DNA of 64,000 bases from Scyliorhinus canicula (taxonomy: Eukaryota). This document shows positions 34,168 through 47,050 of this stretch, in pieces; the stretch's first letter is position 1, and the number at the start of each line of letters is the position of its first letter. The position numbers were made by a program, and so were the translations under genes. Below the pieces are notes generated by a model that was not told where the DNA came from, made no database searches, and saw only the letters and a program-made list of their open reading frames with translations. The DNA is taken from NCBI RefSeq assembly GCF_902713615.1, contig NC_052157.1, forward strand, positions 14,618,566-14,682,565, in the 5' to 3' direction.

Positions 34168-34505
34168 TTGACACTCTTGTGTAGTACTGAGGGAGCACTG
34201 CACTGTCAGAGACGCAGGCTTTCAGATGGGAAATTGAATGGAGGTCCGATCTGCCTTCTGGGATAAAGATAAACATACCCATGGCACTATTATTGAAGAA
34301 GAACAGGGGAGCTATTACCAGTGCTATTACCATATCCTTCAATCACGTCACAAAAAACAGTATTCTAGTCATTAACCACATTACTGTTTGTGGGAGCTTG
34401 CTATGCACTCATTGGCTGCCATGTTTCCTAAATTGCAACGTTAACTACACTTCAAGAGCGCTTCATTGGCCGTGAAGATGTCCAATATTTGTGAAAAGCT
34501 CGATA
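34168..34505 (+). mobile_element. DeuSINE (SacSINE1-like)
   Basis: agtactgagggagcactgcactgtcaga...cccatggcactatt..gaagaagaacagggg...ctgtttgtgggagcttgc. Confidence 0.82.
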
Positions 34506-34853
34506 TCATAAAATTTACAGTGCAGAAGGAGGCCATTCGGCCCATCGAGTCTGCACCGGCTCTTGGAAAGAGAACCCTACCCAAGGTCAACACCTCCACC
34601 CTATCCCCATAACCCAGTAACCCCACCCAACACTAAGGGAAATTTTGGACACTAAGGGCAATTTATCATGGCCAATCCAGCTAACCTGCACATCTTTGGA
34701 CTGTGGGAGGAAACCGGAGCACTCGGAGGAAACCCACGCACACACGGGGAGGATGTGCAGACTCCACACAGACAGTGACTCAAGCCTGGAATCGAACCTG
34801 GGACCCTGGAGCTGTGAAGCAATTGTGCTATCCGCAATGCTACCGTGCTGCCC
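34506..34853 (-). mobile_element. HE1 V-SINE, young
   Basis: Full-length reverse copy. Confidence 0.96.
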
Positions 34854-35579
34854 GATATAACTGCAAGGCTTTTGTCCTGCAGCAGGACCAGGCAACTGTG
34901 ACATTAAACAGTAACTCTGGCATTTCCCAGCCCAGAAACACTGCAGACCATTCTCCAGCTGAGACCTGTCTAACCCCAGCACTGGGTAAGGGGCCACAGC
35001 GGAGTCCTGAGCCTAAAGCAAATTAGAGAAATATCCATGCCGATTAAATGGATTGGAGGACCACAGGAATTCGGAATCTATAATGCTGAAAGCAGCGTGT
35101 TTAGTGAAATAAAAGGTACATTATTTATTATGCCTGGCAACCTCCACGTCTACATTCTGAATCAGTGAAATGTTGTCTCCTCAAAGACCGACTGTACGTG
35201 ACACGCCATGAATTTGAGATTTCAGAATGGTGCCTCTTTTCATGATTCGGCAAACGTCCTGATTCTGTGAGGGGAATGGATCGCATCCAAAAAATGCCAT
35301 GTGCTTTCAAAGCACAGCTATGAAAACACTATTATACGCAGAAGGATGCTTGCTGGCTCCAGGTCCATTGCTTGCATTCCTCCCTGCGGTTGAACAAACT
35401 GGAGGTGCCGATGTTGCAACCGAGTAGTCCACCGATAAGGGCCCGTTTGTCCTTCTTTGGGAAACCTTGATGAAGAGCCAAAGGGCCAAAGTTCAGTGCG
35501 CAAACTAAGGTGAACAGAGCCGAGAAGCCTAGGTAAATGAAGTGGTGATTAAATTAATTCAGGGGAAACAATAACCATA

Positions 35580-36745
35580 AATCATTTGTTCGGGTTCAGT
35601 TGGAATATCGTGTCCCGTTCTGGGAACTACCCTTTCGGGCACTACCCTCGGAGAGGGTCCAGAGGGAATTTAAGAAAATGCTCCCTGAGATGAGGAACTT
35701 CAGTTGCATGGAGAGATTGTAGACAACTTGGGGTTGTTCCTCTTTGAGCAGAGAAGTTTGAGCGGAATTATAGAATCCCGACAATGCAGCAGGAGGCCAT
35801 TCGGCCCATCAAGTCTGCTGTTAATAGTGCTGTTAAGGTTATGGAGCGTTTTGATAGCTTAAACATGGGGTAAAATGTTTCCACAGGCAGAAGGGTTCGG
35901 ACGGCACGGTAGCACATTGGTTAGCACTGAGGCTTCACAGCGCCAGGGATGCCGGATTCGATTCACTGCCTGTGTGGAGTCTGCACGTTCACCCCGTCTC
36001 TGTGGGGGTTTCCTCCGGATGCTCCGGTTTCCTCCCACAAGTCCCGAAAGACATGCTGTTAGGTGAATTGGACATTCTGAATTCTCCCTCAGTGTACCCG
36101 GACAGGTGCCAGAGTGTGGCAACTACGGGATTTTCACAGTAACTTCATTGCAATGTTAATGTAAGCCTACTGGTGACATGAATAAATATTATTATTATGA
36201 TGGCAACGTCGTCAGTGAGGAGATGAGGAAGATAGTTTTACGCCGCGAGTTATTATGATCTGGAAAGCACTGCCTGAGAGGGTGGTAGAACCAGATTCAA
36301 TTGTAACTTTCAAAAAGAAATTGGATAAATACCTGAAGGGGAGAGGATTGTAGAGCAAAGAGGAAAGCGCAGATGAGTGCAACTAATTGGACGGCCTTTT
36401 CAAGGACCTACCGCAGAGACAATGGGGCCGAATGGCTCCTTTGGTGTTATATGGTTCTATGATTCTATATGGGTGGATCAATAATCAGGGTCATTTAGAG
36501 CTAGCTAGGGGGCAATTGGGAAGCATATTTTCACACAAAAGAAATCTAAAACTAACTCCCTAAGGGGGCTGTGAATATTCCAACAGTTGGTACTCCGAAG
36601 TCTGAGACTAATAGATTTCTCTGAGGGAAGGACTTGAAGGGACATGAAGCAAAGGTCGGTAGATGCATTGGAAGCACAGTTCGGCCATAATCTAATCGAA
36701 TGGAGGAGCTTGAACGGCCTACTCCTGTTCTTGTGATCCTGTACG
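35580..36745 (+). mobile_element. Cluster of old CR1 3' fragments with SINE insertions
   Basis: gagagggtccagagg..atttaagaaaatgctcc; ttatgatctggaaagcactgcctga; two CR1 tails (~36470, ~36735). Confidence 0.6.
35899..36198 (+). mobile_element. HE1-core SINE with alternative tail, (TAT)n end
   Basis: V-domain plus ggacattctgaattctccctcagtgtaccc...gtaagcctac. Confidence 0.92.
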
Positions 36746-37398
36746 GTTCAAATCGTAACTACGCTGTGTGCTTTTACCTCTTTCACAGTAACAGAGCTCT
36801 CCGGGTTCATATATCACAAGCTTCCTCTTGGGACAGTAGCTGGCGATCTATGCCAATACAACTGTACAACACCAAAAGTCTGTGCCTTCAGGGGCAAAGT
36901 GGCAGGGGCTGTTGTGGGGGTGGAGTTGTGTGTGTTTAGGTTGGGGGGGGGGGGGGGTGGGGAAGATGAGGGGTGCCGGGTATAGAGAAAATGATTTAGC
37001 AGAATTCTGAACTTGAAAAGTCCAGTTGGCTGGTCAGGTCTGTAGAATTAGCACGTGTTGATTGTGAGGGGAAATTGCAAAGGGGACAATATTAGCAGAA
37101 CAAGGTGACAGCTTAATTAAGGAATGAGAACATCTGCAGCAAATCCCACAGCCCGAGTCCCAGTGTTGAATAATGCATCTGTTAATGATTTTTGACCTGC
37201 TAATCTTTAATTCATGAATGGAATCTCGGTTTGTTCAAAGGGACTGTGAACAATAAGGCCAAGCTCTGCAATGCAAGCAGAGCACACATTTGTGGTAATT
37301 ACCTTCAATTTATAGTTTTGGAAGATCATTGTGCAAATCTGGTTTTCACCGTTCCTGCCTGCAACATTCCGAAGCCCTAAGCTTCCTCCATATAAGAG

Positions 37399-37605
37399 TA
37401 AGTAAAGTCGCCATAGTCCCAGATGACCATAGACTGCTTTCTCCTTTGAGGGGGAGAGCTGTCTGGTAGTGATTTAACCTGAGGATCACCACACCTCAGG
37501 CGCGGGGGAGGTTTGAGAATAACCACAGCCGGTACGGGAATTGAACCCGCGCCTTGCTCTGCATCATGAACCAGCTGTCTGGCCAACTGAGCTAAACCGG
37601 CTCCC
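37399..37605 (-). mobile_element. tRNA-derived SINE (GCCGGTTTAGCTCAG head, different body)
   Basis: Head shared with 10151-10328 family; distinct 3' body. Confidence 0.75.
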
Positions 37606-37870
37606 ACTTTCCTCCGTATACCATCCCATCTCTCCTTAAAAACCTACCTCTTTAATCAAGCTTTTGCTTGTCTGCCCTAATATCTTCGTACGCCATTTAA
37701 ACTGTGTGCGATGACTGCTCCTGTGAAGTATCTTGCGATGTTGTTGCTGTTATTAGCAGTGCTGAAACCACAGGATAGAGAATGGCACTCAATCATAATG
37801 ACTGTGTGGACAGCAGTGTGGACACAATGGGCTGAGTGGCCTCTTTCTGCTCTGTCACAATTTTGTATTT

Positions 37871-38632
37871 CTGAGTTGCCAACCCTCCAGAGTGGGCCTG
37901 GAATCTTCGATAATAATAATAATCTTTATTGGCACAAGCAGGCTTACATTAACACGAAATTTGTTTCAGCATTCCAAAGTAAAAGATCTTCCAAAGTCTG
38001 CCGCGGATGACCGACTGTCACTAACATTAGCAATGAAGTTATTGTGAAAATTCCCTAGTCGCCACACTCGGGTGCCTGTTCGGGTACACAGAGAGAGAAT
38101 TCAGAATGCCCAATTCACCTAACAAGCCCGTCTTTCGGGACTTGTGGGAGGAAACCGGAGCACCCGCAGGAAACCCACGCAGACACAGGGAGAGCGTGCA
38201 GACTCCACTCAGACAGTGACCCAAGCCGGGAATCGAACCTGAGACCCAGGCGCTGTGAAGCAACGGTGCTAACCACTGTGCTACCGTGCCGCCCAAGATC
38301 AATCACCAGGACACTGCAGTGTGCAACCCTGGAGAAAAATCATTGGGGCATTAAAAAAAAGATTGTTTTTTAAAAATTCCTTTCAACATTCCTCTTTAAA
38401 AGATATACAAATATCGAAACTGGCTGAGGGGTCGGGGGCTGGGTAGGAAAGGTGGTTAGGCTGACAGTTAAGCATCATCCAATCGGGTTATGAGTCTTTT
38501 TACTTTCCAGTTGGCGTAGGAAGGCAGTGCGTCACAAAGATGGATGCGTTGGCCGACTAATGGCGGGCGTGTGGGGCCCGCGTCAGATGATGAAACCTCC
38601 AGGAATACACTTAATCAAAGTTGCCAACCCTA
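37871..38632 (+). mobile_element. hAT-like MITE interrupted by a SINE
   Basis: gttgccaaccctccag...ggcctggaatct; internal homology to 1399-1742; ends gttgccaaccct. Confidence 0.55.
38023..38294 (-). mobile_element. HE1-core SINE with alternative tail (rest of tail 37910-37953)
   Basis: Reverse V-domain and alternative tail. Confidence 0.92.
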
Positions 38633-39169
38633 CCTCAGAATCGTCATTCTCACCCACCGCTTTTGTCCGAAAATGTGGCCCTGATCAAATGTTTCAGTTG
38701 CCAAACTTTCTTCATGTCACCCCAATGCTCGCTCCTCCTTCAACTATCACTCAAAATGGCATATCTTCCTGAAGAAAATCCATTATTTTCATGCAGAAAA
38801 CACCTGGAAATCTCTGTCATCCCTGCCAGCTCCGTTAGTAAATCCCCTGTGGTGTGGGAGTGAGCCTCCCGGATTGCGAAGGCCTCAATCAAGCTTCGTA
38901 GATTGAAAGTGTTTTGATTTCACTGCACAGTCGGTCATCCGCGGCAGACTTTGGAAGATCTTTTTTTTTTGTGTTTGGAGTTGGAATCCTTTCACTGCTG
39001 CTGCTAGAATGCGGTGGGTGGGGGGGGGCTGGACGAGGAACAGTGAAATCTTCCGGGGATTTGAATGCGGTGGTTTCAATTCCTTATCCTTGGAACGCTG
39101 AAACAAATTGCACCGTCCTCTGCCGCAGTGTGTCAGCATATAAGGGATGCCAGTGTTCACTGATCACTG

Positions 39170-39460
39170 TCTAGTGACCTCCTATGCCTCTGCAGTGGGC
39201 ATATTGAGGCAGCTGTGTGGCACTTACTCAGCAATAACCTGCTCACCGACGCTCAGTTTGAGTTCCGCCAGGGACTACTTAGCTCCTGACCTTATTAGCT
39301 GGCTAAAAGAGCTGAACTCCAGAGGCGAGGTGAGAATGACTGCCCTCGACAACACGGCATCACAGAGACTTGCAGAACCCAATTAGGATTCAGAAGGGAA
39401 AATCTCCACTGGTCAGAGTCATTCCCAGCACAAAGGATGATGGTTGTAGTTGTTGGAGGG
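39170..39460 (+). mobile_element. CR1/L2-superfamily RT fragment
   Basis: HLLSNNLLTDAQFEFRQG, KELNSRGEVRMTALD. Confidence 0.7.
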
Positions 39461-40280
39461 AAAGGAGAATTTATGGACTTGCAATTTCCCTTCCTCTCAG
39501 GATTATCCAATCAAAAATTCTCCACTACCTCAACTTTAGCCGATAGAACTTCCTTAAATTGCAGATTGTGGAGGATGACGAAAACTTTTTGGATCATTCA
39601 CAATATTCCGTTTTCAAGGGGTCAGTTAGCACAGTTAAGAACATGAACGCTCTTATATTGATCCCCCCCATTTCCACTTTTTATTTTGCCACAGTAAATT
39701 GTGTAAGGAATTTAGAATAGTCGCCAGATTAGGGACAAACCTACCGTAATAATTTAATACGCCGCAGAAAGATTGAAGTTGTATCACATTCTGAGGTACG
39801 GGTGCCTCAGTAATGGCTTTGACTTTCGAAGGTGACTTATGCAGTCCCTTGGCATCGATGAAAAGCCAGATATTCAACTGAAGAGTGGAAAAATCCACAA
39901 TTGTCTTTTTAGACTCTTAATCCACAATCTTCTAATTTCTGGACTGTGGCCTCTAGGTTGTGGAAATGTTTGTCCGCGTTCTTTCCAGGAACCACAATGT
40001 CATCTGAGTAACACTGGACTCCGTTTAAGCCACTTAAAATTTGGTCCGTCTCTCGCTGGTGCTTAAGTGATGCCAAATGGTAGCCTTTTATATTGAAATA
40101 ACCCTTTGAGCGTCACAATCGTTAAGAACTGTTGTGAATCTGGATCCACGTTCATTTGAAGATATGCTTGACTGAAGTCAATTTTACCGAAGTGTTGACT
40201 TCCAGCCAATCGAGCGAATAAGTCGGCAATCAAGGACAGAGAGTGCTGCTCTGCACACAGGACAGGATTACTAATCACTA

Positions 40281-40503
40281 CGGGGCGGTACGTGGCCCAG
40301 TGGTTAGCACTGGGACTGCGCGCTAAGGACCCGGGTTCGAATCCCAGCCCTGGGTCACTGTCCATGTGGTGTTTGCACATTCTCCCCGTGTCTGCCTGGT
40401 TACACCACCATAACCCAAAGATGTGCAGTTTGGGGGCTTGGCCACGCTACATTGCTCTTTAATTGGGAAAAAAAAAATTGTGTCCTCTAAATTTTTTTAA
40501 AAA
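40281..40503 (+). mobile_element. Short poly(A)-type HE1-derived SINE
   Basis: TSD AGGATTA(C/A)TAATCACT on both sides. Confidence 0.9.
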
Positions 40504-41240
40504 AGGATTAATAATCACTTCGAAATCATCGGAGATATTTACAGAACCATCTTTTTTCATCACGGATATGATCAGCTCACATTTATAGGTTCATGGACTC
40601 CCAGTTTGACCAGCCGTTCTAATTCTCCCTCTACCTTGGGTCTGATTGCGGACTGATCTCACCTTTAAGTGTCTCACCTGGCCATCTTCCTTGACCTTCA
40701 GCTTTATTGAGGTTCTTCCCAGCTCACCGTTGTAGACAATGGCACATTTCTTCAAGGTTTTGGGTAGAGATTTCCTCGGTGCAATTTAATCTGATCTTTC
40801 CCAGCCAAGTTCTTCCCATTAGTGACAGGTAGTTTCCTTTGACGATGTGCAAGGACAAATCTGCTGTTTGTCCGTCTGATTGCACTCTCACATCAATATG
40901 GCCCCTCAACGGAACCACTTCTCCAGTAAAGGTTTTTAACACTGTCTTCAACGGTTTAAGAGCAATTTCTCGCAGCTCTTCTTTCGGGTTCCAACGAGAT
41001 GGCGGCCCCAGTGCCCAGCTTTACCGACTGATAATCCAGTAACAAAGTGACCCAATATCAGTTTGTTTCATTCGCAATATCCAGTACCTTTAATGACTGT
41101 TCATCTTCGGACTGTGAATCGAGTTTCTTCTCAGGTATTTTTTGTACCACGTGGATGCTTTTGCCTTTATTCAGTTTCACATTTGATTCATTTGGCTCAT
41201 TCTTTTTGCAAATTTAGCCTGAATCAATGAGGCCCTTTCT

Positions 41241-41474
41241 TTTAAAAAAAAAATAAAAAAATTTAGATTACCCAATTATTTTTTCCAATTAAGGGGCAAT
41301 TTAGCGTAGCCAATCCACCTACTCTGCACATTTTTGGGTTGTGGGGGCGAAACCCACGCAGACACGGGAAGAATGTGCAAACTCCACACGGACAGTGACC
41401 CAGAGCCGGGATCGAACCTGGGACCTCAGCGCCGTGAGGCGGTTGTGCTAACCACTAGGCCACCGTGCTGCCCT
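41241..41474 (-). mobile_element. Short poly(A)-type HE1-derived SINE, young
   Basis: 15-bp TSD AATGAGGCCCTTTCT (41226-41240, 41475-41489). Confidence 0.95.
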
Positions 41475-41593
41475 AATGAGGCCCTTTCTGCCATAATTCC
41501 TGCACATGTTGTCTTTCCACCAACAATCTGCTGCTGAGTGGCCAGTTCTTGCACACCGATGGCAAGAGCGAGTCTGTGTTTGTGTTCGGGTGG

Positions 41594-43154
41594 TGTCAGA
41601 ATATCCACTCATGTATATAATGAGATGCAGACAGGCAGTGATTGACACACAGGATGACCAGTAAACATACAACACAGTACAGCCAATCACCAGACAGGAC
41701 ACTACCACTATAAAGCCAGAGGGCACTAGGTTTCCCGCTCTCTCTGGACCCAGCCACTGAGACAGTCAGAGTCCATGAGCTAGCCAGTGCAAACACTATG
41801 CGGTAGCTAGTACATCTGGTCAGACTACTACAAGGTCACCAGTCAGATCAGTATAGCGTTGACCCACAGCTGTATATGTATATTAGTTATATCGTTGAAT
41901 AAAACCGTGTTGGATCTTCTCCAGTGTTAGTGGTCTGTTTCTAGCTTCACTGCATCAAGTGCAGTCCACATCGAACCAACCTGCCGAACACATCATGGTA
42001 CCAGAGTGGTACTGATCTTGACGGACCTACCTCGAGTGAATCAGCATTGACCAGCAAGCAGCCATGCGGTGACATGAAAAACATTCAGCTCCGCATCTCC
42101 GGCAACCTCGGCGCCAATTGGAAGATCTTCAAGCAAAAGTTCCTCTTGTACATCGAGGCCTCCGACCTCGAAGCAGCATCGGATGTCAGGAAGATCACGC
42201 TATTTCTCTCCACAGCGGGGGACCACGCCATCCACATCTACAACTCCCTTACGTTCGCTGAAGGTGAAGACAAAACATGGGGCATGGGGCAGCATGGTAG
42301 CATGGTGGTTAGCATAAATGCTTCACAGCTCCAGGGTCCCAGGTTCGATTCCTGGCTGGGTCACTGTCTGTGCGGAGTCTGCACGTCCTCCCCGTGTGTG
42401 CGTGGGTTTCCTCCGGGTGCTCCGGTTTCCTCCCACAGTCCAAAGATGTGCGGGTTAGGTGGATTGGCCATGCTAAATTGCCCGTAGTGTCCTAAAAAGT
42501 AAGGTTAAGGGGGCGGTTGTTGGGTTACGGGTATAGGGTGGATACGTGGGTTTGAGTAGGGTGATCATTGCTCGGCACAACATCGAGGGCCGAAGGGCCT
42601 GTTCTGTGCTGTACTGTTCTATGTTCTATGTTCTAAAATTCAAAACAGTCCTGCTGACGTTCGACAGCCACTGCGACATTGATGTGAATGAGAGCTTTGA
42701 ACGGTATGTTTTCCAGCAGAGGGTTCAGGGTAAGGATGAACCTTTCAGTCTTTCTTGACCCATCTCCGCATCCTCGCGCAGTCATGTAACTGTGACTCGA
42801 GGGTTGATTCTATGATCCGGGATCAGATTGTCTTCGGGGTCCACTCCGACTCCCTTTGGCAGCAGCTGCTGAAAGTCAAACAGTTGGCCCTCCTTGTAGC
42901 TATCGAGACGTGCGTTGTCCATGAGCATGCTAAGAATTGTTATTCCCACATTAGGGTGGCAGAGACCTACTAGGTCTGGTCAGGCTACTACTAGGTCTCC
43001 AGTCAGTTGAGTATAGTGTCGACCCACAGCTGAATATGTTTATCAATCATATCGTTGAATAAACCCTGTTGGATCTGCTCCAGTGTTAGAGGTCTGTTTC
43101 TAACTTCCCTGCATCGAGTGCAGTCCACATCGAACCAACCTGCCTAACACATCA
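41594..43154 (+). mobile_element. Internally deleted Gypsy element: 5' LTR 41594-41995, PBS, gag, partial 3' LTR; TSD GGTGG
   Basis: TG...CA; PBS TGGTACCAGAG at 41996; gag NWKIFKQKFLLY, NESFERYVF, MIRDQIVFGV; 3' LTR remnant ~42966-43154; TSD at 41589-93 and 43155-59. Confidence 0.93.
42287..42635 (+). mobile_element. HE1 V-SINE in gag
   Basis: Full length; near-identical to 7744-8093. Confidence 0.96.
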
Positions 43155-43240
43155 GGTGGCAGCTGACATCTTGTAAATTCTTATGCTTGAACTCAACTGC
43201 TGAGCTTCTTTGGTTGCTAAATCCATGGAGACAGCAACTA

Positions 43241-43655
43241 CCATTTACTGTGTAATTCCTACCTGCATTGAACCGTCCAAAGTGCATTACCTCACACTTG
43301 TCTGGATTAAACTCCATCTGCCATTTCGCAGCCTGAGACTCCAACCAGTTTATATCTTGCTGTATCCTCTGACAATCCTCTTCACTATCCCCAATTCCAC
43401 CAATTTTTGAGTTGTCTGCGACCTTACTAATCAGACCAGCTCCATTTTCTTCCAAATCATTTCTCTACACTACGAACAACAAAAGGTCCCAGAACTGATC
43501 CCTGTGGAACTCCGCTAGTCACAGCCTTCTATTCAGAAAAGCACCCTTCTATTGCTACCCTCTGTCGTCTGTGCCCAAGCCAGTTCTGTATCCAACTTGC
43601 CTGCTCAACTCTGATCCCATGTGACTTCACCTTTTGTACCAGTCTACCATGCGGT
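43241..43655 (-). mobile_element. CR1 RT fragment
   Basis: SKVADNSKIGG (decayed KFADDTK), WQMEFNPDKCEVMHFG. Confidence 0.9.
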
Positions 43656-45032
43656 ACTTTAAGAAGTCTTACAACATCAGGTTAAAGTCCATGACGGAAT
43701 GATATCATGTGATTGGTCTCTTAAAAGGCCCCTGTTCCATTGCAAAACTACTAGTGAAGAAATTCTAGCGAAGAATTACACAACAGTAATCAATTCCAGA
43801 AGAAGATCAATTAATTTTGAAGTCAATCCCTGCTTTTCCCGATAGGTTGATGCGGTCTCGATGGGCCAAATGGCCTCCTGCTGCACTGTACGGATTCTAT
43901 GGAGAAACGCAAATGTTCTTTTATCTCTTGTGTCCAGTGAGGGCTTTTACTTCCCAACAGATGGCCGCTCCAATTTTCTGCCAGACACTGAGGCCTCCAT
44001 TGTGCCTCTACAGACACACGTCGTGTCCGCTGCATGAATATTGATTTTGTAGGGTATTAAGAGGGGGTCAAGCTTGAAATAACTAAGGTTTCTTCAGGAA
44101 CTACTGCTTTGTTCAATTAAACTGCCTTTAGACTAGCTAACTGTAGGTGCAGCATGGCTAACAGTGTTGTTACAAACTAATTGGAAGAGAAGAACAATTT
44201 TTAACCTGAAATATTCACATCATTATCTCCTATCCTTTCTCTCTTGCTGCGAATATGCATAACTAAACAACTCTTGTGATCTGTTGAAATATAATCAAAT
44301 ACAATCACCTCATCTTGGCCCGTAAAGTCTTGCGAGCGGTGGGAAACCACGGGCTGCTGATTTCAAAAAGGAAAATGCGCACTCATCTGCGCTCGGATAT
44401 CGTGTCCAACCTTCCACTCGGTGCGACAGACTCGAGCCTCCAGCGCTCCAGTCTGCGCCGGCTCCAGCGCGGTGCAGGCCGAGCACAGCCCCTTACGACA
44501 GGGCCTGCTTGGCAACACCCATTGAGGGCAGGCATTTAAACAGCAGATTTACATTCACAACAGGCAACATACTTAACAAGTGTTTTAATGGTATGTAGAA
44601 GATTTTTAAAACAGTTTTTTTTGCTCTTCCTTTTATACAGGCATTGCTGTTGCTATTGATTCTTTTAAAGTAATTTTCATTTTTTTGTGATTAAAGGTGA
44701 TTATTTATAAGTGAACGTAGGTTTGATTATTTGTTTTATATCTGTGAAACGATTTAAATCTGCACTATATTATTACATAACTTTACGTGTGGCATGTTTA
44801 AAAGCGTTTGTATGTTTTAATTTAGATTATGGTCATAAGATTTTAAAATGCCCCAGAACGTTTTGCTGTCACTGCCCTTGTAACAGCTGATATTTTATTG
44901 ATTTGTGTTTATAGAATCATAGAGTCACTACAGTGCAGAAGATAGCCCTTCGGCCCATTGAGCCTGCGCTGACACCCCGATTGAGCACCCTACCCAGGCC
45001 CACACCCCTGCCCTATCCCCGTAACCACACCT

Positions 45033-45259
45033 TTTTTTTTTTAAAATTTAGATTACCCAATTATTTTTTCTATTAAGGGGCAATTTAGCGTGGCCAATCC
45101 ACCTACTCTGCACATTTTTGGGTTGTGGGGGCGAAACCCACGCAGACACGGGGAGAATGTGCAAACTCCACACGGACAGTGACCCAGAGCCAGGATCGAA
45201 CCTGGGACCTCAGCGCCGTGAGGCGGTTGTGCTAACCACTAGGCCACCGTGCTGCCCTT
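45033..45259 (-). mobile_element. Short poly(A)-type HE1-derived SINE, young
   Basis: 13-bp TSD CGTAACCACACCT (45020-45032, 45260-45272). Confidence 0.95.
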
Positions 45260-45375
45260 CGTAACCACACCTAACCTTTGGACACCAACACTAAGGGGGA
45301 ATCTAGCAATTCATCTAATCTATCTAATCTGCACATCTTTGGATTGTGGGAGGAAACTGAAGCACTGGAGGAAAT

Positions 45376-45720
45376 GGCAATGTGGCACAATGGTTAGCAC
45401 TGCTGCCTCACTACTCTAAGAACCAGGGTTCAATACCAGTCTTGGGTGACTGCCTGTGTGGACTTTGTACTTTCTCCCAGTGTCTGTGTGGGTATCTTCT
45501 GGGTCCTCTGGTTTCCTCCCACAATCCAAAGATGCGCAGGTTAGGTGGATTGGTCATACTAAATTGTCCCTTAGTGTCCAGGGATGTGTAGGTTAAGTTC
45601 CAGGGATAGGGCGGGGAGTGGACCTGTGTAGGGTACTCTTTCAGAGAGTGGGTGCAGACTCAATGGGCTGAATGGCATGCTTGTGCACTGTAAGAATTCT
45701 ATGGTTCTACTCCATTGTTC
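45376..45720 (+). mobile_element. HE1 V-SINE nested in HE1
   Basis: Head, V-domain, tail. Confidence 0.88.
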
Positions 45721-46504
45721 TAGGAAACCCATGCAGATACAGGGAGAATTTGCAAACACCACACAATCACCCGAGGTCTGAATTTAACATGGGTTCCTGG
45801 TGTTGTGAGGCAGCAGTGCTAACCAGTGTGCCCCCATGTTATTGTGTTTCTGCCTTGTTTACTTTAATTACCTTATTCATTTATAATGATCTCATAATTA
45901 AATGTTGTGTTTTGATGTTTCAGTGAGACATTTGTAGAAGCTTGTAAAGTTTAGTGTGAAACATATATTAAGAAAAATTATTTTACATATACAAAACTTT
46001 GAAACCAGTTAACATTTAACTTAACATTTAACTTTATCAGCTGAACAATAACATTGAACTACCTCAACCGTTACCCATTTCTTGCAATAAAATACATTTT
46101 CTCACTTAAACACAATGGTGATTAAAATATATTTCCCCGCATAATCACAGCGGTTCTAACTATTTGTAAAGAGGGGGGAAGGGGAGAGTTTTGACATATA
46201 AATTGTTAACGTTACAAGCTCAAAGCCCAAAAGCAGCAGCTGCTGAAGCGTAGTATCCTGGCACACATCTCCTCCAACACCATTTCAGCATGTCCTTTGG
46301 CAGTACACTCTTTGGGGAGATAAAATATTCACTGCATTACCTGTTAGAGATAGTTCACATTAGCTTCCAGGAGGTTTGCATATGTCAACTAAGTCATTAA
46401 ACTTTGTTAAAGCATTTGAAGTAATCACCGAGGCTTGTAAGGATGAACCTTATATCAGGGAGGCAACATAGCTTAAAATACATTGCAAAATATAAATGTA
46501 CTTT

Positions 46505-47050
46505 AGCTCTGAATTGGCTGGGAGGGCAAACGTGCTAACATTAGTGTCCTTGAAGGAGTCAATAGCACCACTATCAAGGCCATGATCATCTAAAGCCAAC
46601 TCCGTTGGCCGCCCATTAGCTTAGGATGTTAGGATGTCAGAGTTCCGATTGCCCAAAGCAAATCTTCTTCATCCAGCTCAAAAAAGGATCCCAAACAAGA
46701 GGAGAACAAAGGAAGCTATTCAAAGACACCTTGAAGGCTTACCTCCAGAAATGGAACATAGACGTCAACACCTGAGAGACCTTTGCTCAGCAGAGACCTA
46801 CTTGGAAGAACCTCCTGATTGAAGGGTCATAATTCTTCCGAGGGGAAGAGGAGGCCTGAAAAAGGAGCCTGGGAAAGGAATACCCACGATCTAGCATCCA
46901 GGGACTGATCCCACTTTTTGGAAACTCCTGCGAATGAGTGATTGAGGATGTGGTTCCAGGATCAGAATAATCAGCCACGCAAGATCTCACAAAACCCATG
47001 AGCAGTATCTTAGGTGGACAGTTATACTTGTTTGCGAGTGGTCACCGCAT
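46505..47050 (+). mobile_element. RTE-clade LINE 3' fragment
   Basis: RMSEFRLPK / QIFFIQLKKG..TRGEQRKLFKDTLK (frameshifted RTE C-terminal motif). Confidence 0.75.

Larger units (their letters stand above)
39461..43240 (-). mobile_element. Decayed Gypsy (Mag-like) gag-pro-RT with nested insertions
   Basis: Zn knuckle CHRCARTGHSAADC; LKTFTGE, LMGRTWL; FGKIDFSQAYLQ, GLFQYKRLPFGIT, NYYGRFVPNLA. Confidence 0.92.
44910..45838 (-). mobile_element. Older HE1 SINE split by two nested SINEs
   Basis: Tail 44910-45032, middle 45260-45375, head 45721-45838. Confidence 0.85.
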
